A stretch of 64,000 nucleotides of DNA from the NCBI GenBank assembly GCA_963814375.1, contig CAWFCQ010000007.1:128001-192000 (forward strand), in the 5' to 3' direction. A program made the position numbers and the translations under genes. Below are positions 38,176 to 47,444 of the stretch, piece by piece. The number at the start of each line of letters is the position of its first letter. Positions within the stretch are counted from its first letter, which is position 1. Source of the stretch: an uncultured Chloroflexia bacterium. GTDB taxonomy: Bacteria > Chloroflexota > Limnocylindria > QHBO01. The notes below the pieces were generated by a model. That model did no database searches. It saw nothing but the letters and a program-made list of their open reading frames with translations, and had not been told where the DNA came from.

Positions 38176-40064
38176 TGCCCCGGCTCCGCCGCTGGCGCTG
38201 GGCCGCGGTCGGCGCCTTCGTCGCGTTGCTGGCGCTCCCGGCGGTGCCGGGTGGCGCGGGCAGCCGCGTGCTGGCTCATGCCCAGCTCGTGGCGAGCTCG
38301 CCGAGCCCGGGCACGATCCTCGAGGAGCCTCCCACCGAGCTGCGGCTCGTCTTCAGCGAGCCGCTCGAGTCCCAGGTCACTTCGCTCGACCTCGTCACGC
38401 AGGACGGGACCGAGCTGCTGGTACGCGCCGGCGAGATCGACCCCAACGATCCCTACGCCCTCGTTGCCACCGCCCCCGGCCTCGCCGACGGGGTGTACTC
38501 GGTCACGTGGCGCACCCTGTCGGCTGCCGACGGGCACACCATCGAGGGCTTCTTCACCTTCGGCGTGGGTGAGATCGAAGGAGGGCTGCCACCCGTCGGT
38601 CCTGGCTCGGCCCACGCCGAGACCGACGCGATCGGGGTCCTCGGGCGGTGGCTGACCTACATCGGGCTGCTCCTCGCCATCGGCCTCGCCGCCTTCCATC
38701 GGTTCGTTGTTCGAAATGGCCCGATGCCGGTCGCCCTCGTGCGCCTCATCGCGGCCGGGCTCGCCGTCTCGGCGGTGGCGACGCTGGCGACGGCGGTCGG
38801 ATCAGCCGTGGCAGCCGGCGCGGGCGTCGACTACCTGCTCGGCACGCGCAACGGCGCGCTCCAGCTCGCTCGCGCGGCCGTTGCCGCGCTCGGCGCCATC
38901 TCGCTCCTCGTCGCCCCGCGTCGCTTGACGGGCGCCCTCGCGGCGGCCACGGGACTCATCGGCGTCGTGCTGCTCGCCGCCGCCGGGCACGCGGCCGCGC
39001 TGCCGGGTCCGGTCCCGGTGATCAGCCAGGCCGTGCATGTGGTCGCGGCCGGCATCTGGATCGGCGGGCTGGCCGGGCTGCTGATGCTCCTGGTTGCACC
39101 GGCGGTGATCAGCGAGGAGGGGCGGATCGAGATGCGCAGCGTCGTGCCGCGCTTCTCGGCGCTGGCGCTGGGATCGATCGGCATGGTGGTGCTGACCGGC
39201 GCGTACGCCGCGTGGATGGAGATGGGTGCGCTCCTCGACGTCGGCACCGAGTACGGCCGCACACTGCTGATGAAGGCCGGCCTCGTCGCCGGCGCGCTCG
39301 CCCTCGGCAGCCTCAACTACTTCGACGGCGGCCGGATGCGGCCATGGCTCGACGGATTCCGCACACGGCTCTCGGTGGAGGTCATGGTCGCGGCAAGCGT
39401 GCTGCTGATGACCGCCGTGCTGGCCACGACGCCGCCGATCCACGCTGCCGGCGGTGTCGCCATCGAGCCGGTCCCGGATGCCTTCGGGAACGTGGCGCCG
39501 CAGATGGAGATGCACGTAGTGCCGGGCCGGCCCGGCGTGAACCGTGTCGTCGTCACCACGACCGACGCCCTTGCATCGGCTGCGGGGATGGAGCTCGGGT
39601 TGGATCGGCTCGATACCGGCACGAGCACACGCGTGCCGCTCGTCCTCGAGGGGACCCAGGGCATGGGCGGCATGGAGGGAATGGACCACGCCGACGCGGC
39701 CACCGCCGATGGCGACGACAGCGTCGACTGGGTCGCCGATGCCCTGATCCTGCCCGCCGGAAGCGACTGGAGCACCAGCGTCCGGATCCTCGCCACCGAT
39801 GGAAGCGAGCTGTCGCGCCAACGGTTCGACTTCGCGCTGGGGCCGGATGGAATCTCCGAAGGCGAGGTCCGGGACCTACTCAATCCGGCAACGCTCATTG
39901 CAATCGCCCTGGCTCTCGGAGGCGCGCTCGGCATCGGCCTTGGCCTGGGCGGCTTCATCATCCCGCGCTGCGAGGCGCTCGCGTCACGCGTTGCCCTGGT
40001 GGGCGGCGGCGTCACGGCCATGGTCCTCGGCTTGTTGATGGGCATCAACGGGCTGATCGCCTGA
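38175..40064 (+). CDS. CopC-CopD fusion copper transport protein (YcnJ-like) with C-terminal extension
   Basis: VLA|HAQLVASSP, LVFSE, WRTLSAADGH, AGHAA, VHVVAAGIWIGGL, RFS, TEYGRTLLMK; MGGMEGMDH. Confidence 0.9.
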   Translation: MPRLRRWRWAAVGAFVALLALPAVPGGAGSRVLAHAQLVASSPSPGTILEEPPTELRLVFSEPLESQVTSLDLVTQDGTELLVRAGEIDPNDPYALVATAPGLADGVYSVTWRTLSAADGHTIEGFFTFGVGEIEGGLPPVGPGSAHAETDAIGVLGRWLTYIGLLLAIGLAAFHRFVVRNGPMPVALVRLIAAGLAVSAVATLATAVGSAVAAGAGVDYLLGTRNGALQLARAAVAALGAISLLVAPRRLTGALAAATGLIGVVLLAAAGHAAALPGPVPVISQAVHVVAAGIWIGGLAGLLMLLVAPAVISEEGRIEMRSVVPRFSALALGSIGMVVLTGAYAAWMEMGALLDVGTEYGRTLLMKAGLVAGALALGSLNYFDGGRMRPWLDGFRTRLSVEVMVAASVLLMTAVLATTPPIHAAGGVAIEPVPDAFGNVAPQMEMHVVPGRPGVNRVVVTTTDALASAAGMELGLDRLDTGTSTRVPLVLEGTQGMGGMEGMDHADAATADGDDSVDWVADALILPAGSDWSTSVRILATDGSELSRQRFDFALGPDGISEGEVRDLLNPATLIAIALALGGALGIGLGLGGFIIPRCEALASRVALVGGGVTAMVLGLLMGINGLIA

Positions 40065-40111
40065 GCGTGCCCACGTTGCGCCCGGGGCCGCAGACTGCGA
40101 CGATCAGGCCG

Positions 40112-41131
40112 ATGCCCGCTGACCTAACCGTGCTCGATACCTTGGGTCGGCCCATGCGCGACCTGCGCGTCAGCGTCACCGATCGGTGCAACTTCCGCTG
40201 CACGTACTGCATGCCGAAGGAGGCTTTCGGGCCGGATCATGCCTTCCTCGCGCGCGAGGAGACCCTCACCTTCGAGGAGATCTTCCGAATCGTCCGCGCC
40301 GCCGTCGGGCTCGGGGTCCGCAAGGTCCGCCTCACCGGTGGCGAGCCCCTCGTCCGCCGCGGTCTCGAGCAGCTTGTCGGTCTCCTCGCGCCGATCGAGG
40401 GAATCGAGGACCTCACGCTCACGACGAACGGCTCGCTCCTCGCGGCCCGCGCATCGGCCCTCGCGGCGGCGGGGCTCCAGCGGGTCACGGTGAGTCTCGA
40501 CGCGCTCGACGACGAGACGTTCATGGCCATGAACGACGTTGGCTTCGGCGTTGCCCGCGTGCTCGAGGCCATCGATGTGGCCCAGTCCGCCGGCCTCGGG
40601 CCGATCAAGGTCAACACGGTCGTCAGGCGCGGCGTGAACGAGCACGCGATCGTCGATCTCGCCGCTCATTTCCGCGGCCACGACACGACGGTGCGCTTCA
40701 TCGAGTACATGGATGTCGGGCACACGAATGGGTGGCGCCTCGACGAGGTCGTCCCCGCGGCCGAGATCGTGGCAACCATCGATGCTCGCTGGCCGCTCGA
40801 ACCGGTGGATCCCGGCTATCGCGGCGAGGTGGCGCAACGCTATCGGTACCGGGACGGAGCCGGCGAGATCGGCGTCGTCAGCAGCGTGACCCAGCCGTTC
40901 TGCGGCGATTGCACCCGCGCGCGGCTCTCCGCCGACGGCCACCTGTACACGTGTCTCTTCGCGACCGTCGGCCATGACCTGCGCACCCTGCTGCGCTCCG
41001 GCGCGGATGACGCGCAGCTGACCGAGGCGCTGCGGATCCTGTGGGCCGGCCGCTCGGATCGCTACTCGGAGCTCCGATCGCTCGAGACTATCGGACTTCC
41101 GAAGGTGGAGATGAGCTTCATCGGCGGCTGA
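40112..41131 (+). CDS. moaA: GTP 3',8-cyclase
   Basis: SVTDRCNFRCTYCMP, LTGGEP, FCGDCTRARL, CLF, C-terminal MSFIGG. Confidence 0.96.
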   Translation: MPADLTVLDTLGRPMRDLRVSVTDRCNFRCTYCMPKEAFGPDHAFLAREETLTFEEIFRIVRAAVGLGVRKVRLTGGEPLVRRGLEQLVGLLAPIEGIEDLTLTTNGSLLAARASALAAAGLQRVTVSLDALDDETFMAMNDVGFGVARVLEAIDVAQSAGLGPIKVNTVVRRGVNEHAIVDLAAHFRGHDTTVRFIEYMDVGHTNGWRLDEVVPAAEIVATIDARWPLEPVDPGYRGEVAQRYRYRDGAGEIGVVSSVTQPFCGDCTRARLSADGHLYTCLFATVGHDLRTLLRSGADDAQLTEALRILWAGRSDRYSELRSLETIGLPKVEMSFIGG

Positions 41132-41133
41132 GC

Positions 41134-41149
41134 TGGCCCGGGGCGTGCG
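41134..41149 (+). promoter_or_regulatory. sigma54-like -24/-12 motif
   Basis: TGGCCCG-GGGC-GTGCG about 40 nt upstream of ATG 41190. Confidence 0.4.
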
Positions 41150-41189
41150 GTAGGCCACACGTCAATTCCATCAAGGGAGAGCGAAGCTC

Positions 41190-41378
41190 ATGTGCCTGAA
41201 CTGCGGCTGCATGCGTGCCCATGACGACATGGGCAAGCCCGGGGTCAACATCACCTACGAGGACGTCAAGGCCGCCGCCGATGCCAACGGCACGACGGTC
41301 GAGGAAGCGCTGGCCACGATCGCCCGCACTGCCGACAAGGATCGCGGCGACCATCCCCAGGAGTACGCGTCCGCCTAA
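41190..41378 (+). CDS. Small CxxCxC protein (62 aa)
   Basis: MCLNCGCMRAHDD; AAGGGAG SD; GC3-rich codons. Confidence 0.75.
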   Translation: MCLNCGCMRAHDDMGKPGVNITYEDVKAAADANGTTVEEALATIARTADKDRGDHPQEYASA

Positions 41379-42395
41379 TCGTGGATCGAGCCCGGTCGCT
41401 CACGAAGCCGGCCGCCGCGTCGGCCATGGAGCACGGCCAGGATCTCGGCGACGATCGCGGTCGCGACCTGCTCAGCGCCATCGGCGCCGATGTCGAGGCC
41501 GGCTGGCGCGTGGATCGCGGCAAGGTCGGCGGGTGACGGCGCCCGCTCCAGCTCCGCGATGATCCGCTCGGTGCGGTCGCGCGGGCCGAGGATGCCCAGG
41601 TAGGCCACGCCGCGGCCGACGAACCCGCGACACGAAGTCCGCATCGCGCAGGTAGTCGTGGCTCATGACCACGGCGGCGGTCCATTCGCCGGCGCCCGAT
41701 GCCTCCCCCGCCTCGGCCGGTTCGGCGTCGAGAAGCCGAGTGCCGGGGAATCGCTCCGGCCGCAGGAAGGAGCGTCGCGAGTCGGCGACGTCGACGCGCC
41801 ATCCCTGGCGCACCGCGGCAGAGACGAGCGGTCCCGCGTCCGGCCCTGCGCCGCACACCACGAGATGGAGCGGCGGCAGAATCGGGTCGAGGACGGTCTC
41901 GCCGAGGAGCACCGGACGGCCGTGGGCGACGGCCAGCGCGGCTCGCTCGCCGAGCGCATCGGCTTCGGTGGCGGTCAGCCGTCGTCGCTCGCCGTCGAGG
42001 GTCGTCATCTGGTACGTCGCTTGGCCCTCGCGCCGGGCCGCGGCGAGCGCATCCAGCGTCTCGGCCGCGAGGGCGGGCGGCTCGGCCAGCAGGTCGATCA
42101 CCCCGCGGCACCCGAGCCCCATCCCCCACAGCTCGTCGCCCTCCGCCGAGTGGTCGATGGTGACGAGCAGCGGCACGTCCTCCGCCAGCGCGGCCCTGGC
42201 GAGCCGCGCGGCCTCCTCCTCGAGGCAGCCTCCGCTGATCAGACCGATCGGCGCTCCCTCCTCCGGCACCAGTAAGCGTGCGCCGGGCCGGCGATACGAC
42301 GAGCCGCGGACCGATACGACCGTGGCCAGCGCCACGCGTGCACCGCGAGCCTGGTGCTCGGCGGCCGCCTTGAGCAGTGCATCGATCTCGCTCAT
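41375..42395 (-). pseudogene. xdhC: XdhC/CoxF-family Moco insertion chaperone, frameshifted at 41630 (probably a sequence error)
   Basis: GSSYRRPGAR, ISGGCLE, GLGCRG, MSHDY. Deleting A41630 continues as VRGFVGRGVAYLGILGPRDRT..HAPAGLDIGA. Confidence 0.85.
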
Positions 42396-42419
42396 GCATC
42401 GACTCTACCGGGCCGCTGG

Positions 42420-42575
42420 CGCGATCCGCGCTGTGCTCGCTCAATAAGGCGCTTTCCACCGAGGCTCTATCCGCGCGTCGGATGCTCGATCCATCGAGCG
42501 CTGGACAGCATGAGGGACGCATCGGAGCGAGGCTCACGCGTCCAGGTGCCCGCCACGGCGAGCACTCGGCGCGCA
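42420..42575. repeat. Copy B (inverted) of the hairpin repeat at 3900-4050
   Basis: Reverse complement of 42545-42572 matches 3914-3941 at 24/28 positions; CCAGCGCTCG recurs at the same 68-nt offset. Confidence 0.7.
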
Positions 42576-42602
42576 CCACGTCACTCCGGAGAAGAACCGG
42601 CG

Positions 42603-44015
42603 ATGAACCGAGCAGCTGACCCGGGCGCGACTACCATCCCAGCCGTGAGCGCGTTCCTCGACGACCTGAGAGCGGAGCTGCCGAACCTTCGGCTCCTCAC
42701 CGACGCCGCCGATCGCGAGTCGTATCGGCGCGACGAGACCGCCCACTTCGAGCCTGGGCTGCCGCTGGCGGTGGCGCTGCCGGCGAGCATCGACGAGGTC
42801 GCCGCGATCATGCGGCTGGCCACCGCGCATCGCACGCCCGTCGTTCCCCGCGGCGCGGGGTCGGGCCTTTCGGGCGGATCGGCCGGCGTCGAGGGCGCGC
42901 TGACGGTCGCGCTCACGCGCATGGACCGCATCCTCGAGATCGATCGAGACAACCTCGTGGCGGTAGTGCAGCCGGGCGTCCTCAACGCTGACCTGAAGGC
43001 AGCCGCCGCCAAGGAGGACCTCTTCTACGCGCCCGATCCGGCGAGCTACGAGTTCTGCTCCATCGGCGGCAACATCGGCACCAACGCCGGTGGGCTGTGC
43101 TGCGTGAAGTACGGCGTCACGCGCGACGCGGTGCTCGGGCTCGAGGTCGTGCTGGCGGACGGTCGCGTCATTCGCACCGGCGGTCGCAATGTGAAGGACG
43201 TGGCCGGCTACTCGCTGACCCATCTGTTCGTCGGCTCGCAGGGAACCCTGGGGATCGTGACCGAGGCGACGCTGCGCCTTCGCCCGGCCCCGCCGCCGCA
43301 GCAGACGATGCTCGCCTTCTTCCCGACGATCGTCGCCGCCGGAGAGGCGGTGGCGGCGATGACCCGGGCGGGGATCGAGCCGTGCACGCTCGAGCTGATG
43401 GACCGGGTGACGATCGCGGCCGTGGACGATTGGCACAACCTCGAGCTGGACCGGACCGCCGCCGCCCTCCTGCTCGTCGAGTCGGATCGCCCCGGGTCGG
43501 CCGCGACCGAGGAGCTCGAGCGAGCCGCCGACGCGTGCACCGATGCCGGCGCCACCCAGGTCGTCCGCGCCACCGACCCGGCGGAGGCCGACTGGCTGCG
43601 GCAGGTGCGGCGGATGGCGTTCCGCGCCCTGGAACGCTTGGGCGTTGCGCGCATGGAGGACGTCGGCGCGCCTCGCTCGCGGCTCCCCGACCTGCTGCGC
43701 GACATCGAGCGAATCGCCGCCTCCCATGACGTCCGATGCGGGACGTTCGGCCACGCCGGCGACGGGAACCTGCACCCGACCTTCGTGTGGGACCGTGGCG
43801 ACACCGCCGCCGAGGAGCGGGCGCACCTAGCCTCCGAGGAGCTCTACCGTGCCGCGATCGCCATGGGCGGAACCGTGACCGGCGAGCACGGCATCGGCGC
43901 CGCGCGACGGCCGTTCCTCGAGGAGCAGGTAGGTGCGGAGGCGGTGGCGGTCATGCGGGCAATCAAGGGCGCGCTCGACCCGCTCGGTATCCTCAACCCC
44001 GGCAAGGTGATCTGA
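42603..44015 (+). CDS. FAD-linked oxidase, GlcD/D-lactate dehydrogenase family
   Basis: PRGAGSGLSGG, PDPAS, GGNIGTNAGG, GHAGDGNLH, GEHGIG, LNPGK. Confidence 0.92.
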   Translation: MNRAADPGATTIPAVSAFLDDLRAELPNLRLLTDAADRESYRRDETAHFEPGLPLAVALPASIDEVAAIMRLATAHRTPVVPRGAGSGLSGGSAGVEGALTVALTRMDRILEIDRDNLVAVVQPGVLNADLKAAAAKEDLFYAPDPASYEFCSIGGNIGTNAGGLCCVKYGVTRDAVLGLEVVLADGRVIRTGGRNVKDVAGYSLTHLFVGSQGTLGIVTEATLRLRPAPPPQQTMLAFFPTIVAAGEAVAAMTRAGIEPCTLELMDRVTIAAVDDWHNLELDRTAAALLLVESDRPGSAATEELERAADACTDAGATQVVRATDPAEADWLRQVRRMAFRALERLGVARMEDVGAPRSRLPDLLRDIERIAASHDVRCGTFGHAGDGNLHPTFVWDRGDTAAEERAHLASEELYRAAIAMGGTVTGEHGIGAARRPFLEEQVGAEAVAVMRAIKGALDPLGILNPGKVI

Positions 44016-44018
44016 GCG

Positions 44019-45620
44019 TCAGCCCAGGCTGTAGCCCTCGAGATCGGCGCTCGGCTTGACGTCGGGCAGACGCATCATCCGGAACGAGTTGAACAGCCCG
44101 ATGAGCCCGGCCAGGAGCGGGACCAGCAGCGCGACCTGCAGTGCCAGCGGCCTCGCCTCGGTGTTGATGCGGATGATCTCGGCCTCGACCTCTGGCGGCT
44201 GGTTGACGATCGCCTCCTCGAGGCCGGTGTTGCTCATGAGCTGGGCATCCTCGTCCAGTGCCGTCGCGACCTGCTGGGCCTGCTCCGTCGTGAATACCTC
44301 GCTCGACTCGGCCAGGTTCGTGAAGCTGAAGGCCAGCGTCGCCAGCATGATGGCGCCGGACACGGCAAGTCCGAATGACAGGCCGAAGGACCCGCCCGCG
44401 GAGTTCACGCCGGCCGCCTCGCTGATGCGCTCCTCCTCGATGGGCGCGAGCGTGTAGTTGTTGAGCTGCGAGACGAGCAATCCGAGACCGCAGCCGGCGA
44501 TCGCCAGGGGGATCGCCATCCACCATCCGGAGTCCGCCCGCGGCACGATCGGCAGCAGAATCGCGACCCCGATGACGAGAAGGACGAAGCCCGCGCGAAT
44601 GATGCTTGCGGGCCGTCGGTTCCCCGCCCGCCTGCCGGCGATAACGGCGACGAAGAACATGCTTAGGGACAGTGGGGCGAGGGAGAGCCCCGCCTGGAGC
44701 GCGTTGTACTCGAGGACCATCTGGAGGAAGATCGGCAGGGCGATCATCATTCCGCCGAGCGCGATCTGCTGCATCATCTGCCCCTGGATCCCGATCCTGA
44801 AGGTCTTCGATGCGAACAGGACAGGATCGAGCAGGACCGGCTTTCCCTCACGCTTGCGCCGCTGAAGCCAGTAGGTCAGCGCGGCGAGCGCAACGATGCC
44901 GATGGCGATGAGGAGCAGGACGCGCTCACCGCCCTCCTGCCAGACGAGCACGCCAAGCACGATGCCGCCCATTCCCAGGACCGAGAAGAGGGCGCCGGCG
45001 AGGTCGATGCCGCGCGAACCGGTATAGGGAACTTCCTTGATCCTGCCGATCCCGGCCAGCACGATCGCGATGACGACGATCTCCAGCGCGAATCCGACCC
45101 GCCATGACAGGAATGTCGTGATGAATCCGCCGACCAGGGGGCCGACGGCCGCGGCGATCGCCGCCGCCGCCCCGACCAGCGCGTAGACCCGTCGCTGGGC
45201 CGCGCCCTCGAAGTTGCCGTGGATGAGCGACTGCATCGAAGGCAGCAGCAGCGAGGCGCCCAGGCCGCCGAGGATCGCCCAGAAGATGATGACGGGAAGG
45301 AGACTGTTGGCGAGGACCATCGCGCCCGCGCCGATGGCGTAACCGATCAGGCCCAGCACATAGGCCCGCTTCCGGCCGAAGAGGTCGCCGATCTTGCTGC
45401 TGATCAGGATGAACGCGGCCGAGACCAGCGCCTCGAGCGCGATCGCGGACTGGACGCCGCTGACGGTCGTCCCCAGGTCCTGCACAACCGCAGAGATCGA
45501 CACATTCATGAGCGAGGTGTCGACGACGAGGACGAACATCGCCGCGGCCAGCAGGAGCCCGAGGCGCATGTCGCCCGCCGCCTCTTCGGGTGCGGTCGTG
45601 GTGGTGGCCTGCTCGGTCAT
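44019..45620 (-). CDS. MFS transporter (14-TM DHA2-like)
   Basis: VDTSLMNV, KIGDLFGRKR, GPLVGG, SWRVGF. Confidence 0.9.
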   Translation of the reverse strand: MTEQATTTTAPEEAAGDMRLGLLLAAAMFVLVVDTSLMNVSISAVVQDLGTTVSGVQSAIALEALVSAAFILISSKIGDLFGRKRAYVLGLIGYAIGAGAMVLANSLLPVIIFWAILGGLGASLLLPSMQSLIHGNFEGAAQRRVYALVGAAAAIAAAVGPLVGGFITTFLSWRVGFALEIVVIAIVLAGIGRIKEVPYTGSRGIDLAGALFSVLGMGGIVLGVLVWQEGGERVLLLIAIGIVALAALTYWLQRRKREGKPVLLDPVLFASKTFRIGIQGQMMQQIALGGMMIALPIFLQMVLEYNALQAGLSLAPLSLSMFFVAVIAGRRAGNRRPASIIRAGFVLLVIGVAILLPIVPRADSGWWMAIPLAIAGCGLGLLVSQLNNYTLAPIEEERISEAAGVNSAGGSFGLSFGLAVSGAIMLATLAFSFTNLAESSEVFTTEQAQQVATALDEDAQLMSNTGLEEAIVNQPPEVEAEIIRINTEARPLALQVALLVPLLAGLIGLFNSFRMMRLPDVKPSADLEGYSLG

Positions 45621-45681
45621 GGGCGCAGTATGGTGCCCCGCGCCACGTCCGTGGCGCCTGTCGCGGGCACGTCACCGAGGC

Positions 45682-46500
45682 CTAGCTCTGCCGGTGCTCG
45701 TCCAGGAACCCGCGCAGCGCGCTGTTGAACCGCTCCGGCTGCTCGAGGTTGAGCATGTGGGCCGAGCCCTCGAAGACCTCGAGGCGTGCGCCGGGTACCG
45801 CATCGGCCAGGTGGCGCATCGACTCGGACGTGCCCGGCTCGTCGAGCGTGCCGAGCATGACGAGGAGCGGCGCGCGAAGGGCCGCCAGCCGGCCGACGGC
45901 CGGCGGATCGAGTGGTAGCGGCGTCCCCTCCTCCTTCAGCGCCCGGTAGGTGGTGAGTATCCAGTCGTGGACACGTTCGCGGACGACCGGGTCGACGCGG
46001 TCCGGCGGCTGTCCCGGCCCATCGGCCCAGAACGCCGTCTCCCAGTCGGCGAGGCCCTCCCAGTTCTGGGCGGTCGCAAACGCCTCCGGCTCGTCCCAGG
46101 TCTCTCCCGGCATCTCGTCGGGCGACTCGTAGCCACCGATGCCGCCGGCCGCTACGACGAGCGACCGCACCCGATCCGGCGACTCGATCGCGAAGTCGAG
46201 CGCGATCTGGCCGCCGCGAGAGAGCCCCACGACGTGGGCGCTGTCCTCGCCCAGGTGGTCGAGCAGCGCCGCGATGTCGGCCCGGTTCGAGAACTCGACG
46301 GCATCGGTCTCGGTGCTCCCGTAGCCGCGGGTGTCGTAGCGGATGACCCGATACGCGTCGGAGAGGACCGGCACCTGCTCGTCCCACATCCGCAGGTTCG
46401 CCACGCCGGCGTGGATGAGCACGACGGGCTCGCCGCTGCCCTCGACCTCGTAGTAGATCCGCGCGCCGTTGGTCTCGAAGGTGCCGGTCTCGTTCGTCAT
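45682..46500 (-). CDS. Alpha/beta fold hydrolase
   Basis: YDTRGYG, GLSRGG, GTLD, AHMLNLEQP. Confidence 0.9.
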   Translation of the reverse strand: MTNETGTFETNGARIYYEVEGSGEPVVLIHAGVANLRMWDEQVPVLSDAYRVIRYDTRGYGSTETDAVEFSNRADIAALLDHLGEDSAHVVGLSRGGQIALDFAIESPDRVRSLVVAAGGIGGYESPDEMPGETWDEPEAFATAQNWEGLADWETAFWADGPGQPPDRVDPVVRERVHDWILTTYRALKEEGTPLPLDPPAVGRLAALRAPLLVMLGTLDEPGTSESMRHLADAVPGARLEVFEGSAHMLNLEQPERFNSALRGFLDEHRQS

Positions 46501-46544
46501 GGGCGGCATGCTACGGCCGCTACGTGACGCGACGTGTCAGGTAT

Positions 46545-47444
46545 TCACGGGTGACCGCCCTGCTCCAGCCGCTGCCGATCGATCGACTCGAGCTGAATAG
46601 TCGAGTGCTCGAAGTCGAAGTCATCAGTCAGGCACGCGCACAGCTCGTCGAGCACGGCCGGAGGATCGGCGTCGGCGCGGATGACGACATGGGCGGAGAC
46701 GACGTGCTTGCCCGATGTCAGGGTCCAGGCGTGCAGGTCGTGGATGTCGACGACGCCCTCCGCTCCAAGCAGGTGGCTTCGCACTTCCCCGATGTCGACG
46801 CCGCGCGGCGTTGCCTGGAGCAGGACGTCGCTCGCCTCGCGCAGCAGGCTCCATGTTCGCGGCACGATGAGCAGCGCGATGACGATCGAGGCGATCGGGT
46901 CGATCGGCGACCAGCCGGTGGCCAGGATCACCACGCCCGCCACGATCACCGCCACCGAGCCGAGCAGGTCCCCCACCACCTCGAGGTAGGCGCCGCGCAG
47001 GTTGAGGCTGTGCCGCGCGCCGGCGTGCAGGAGGCGGATCGAAACGAGATTGACCACCAGACCAAGGGTGGCGATCACCAGCATCGGCAGGCCGATCACC
47101 TGCGGCGGATTGGCGAGGCGCTGCACCGCTTCGATGACGATGACGAGCGCAACGCCGAGGAGGACGACCGCGTTGACGACCGCGGCGAAGATCTCGACCC
47201 GGTAGTACCCGAACGACTTTGCGGGCGTCGCCGGACGGCGGGCGAACCAGATCGCCAGCAGCGCCAGGAAGATGCCGGCCGCGTCGGTGGCCATGTGGCC
47301 TGCATCGGCCCACAGCGCCAGGCTGTTGGTCGCGATGCCGCCGATCACCTCGACCACCCCGAAGGCCAGCACGAGTAGCAGCACGACGCCGAGCCGCCGC
47401 GCTCCTGCTGCGGCGGCGCTTTCCGCGTGCGAGTGGGTCGTCAT
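46545..47444 (-). CDS. Cation diffusion facilitator (CzcD/ZitB-like)
   Basis: LWADAGHMATD, FGYYRVE, GDLLGS, DIHDLHAW, HSTIQLE. Confidence 0.92.
   Translation of the reverse strand: MTTHSHAESAAAAGARRLGVVLLLVLAFGVVEVIGGIATNSLALWADAGHMATDAAGIFLALLAIWFARRPATPAKSFGYYRVEIFAAVVNAVVLLGVALVIVIEAVQRLANPPQVIGLPMLVIATLGLVVNLVSIRLLHAGARHSLNLRGAYLEVVGDLLGSVAVIVAGVVILATGWSPIDPIASIVIALLIVPRTWSLLREASDVLLQATPRGVDIGEVRSHLLGAEGVVDIHDLHAWTLTSGKHVVSAHVVIRADADPPAVLDELCACLTDDFDFEHSTIQLESIDRQRLEQGGHP

Noticed and set aside
38648-40111. 827-aa MoaA with a long N-terminal extension, or a copCD-moaA fusion
   Set aside because: The extension is an alternate frame of copCD. MoaA homology starts at ATG 40112, which has its own GACGAT hexamer
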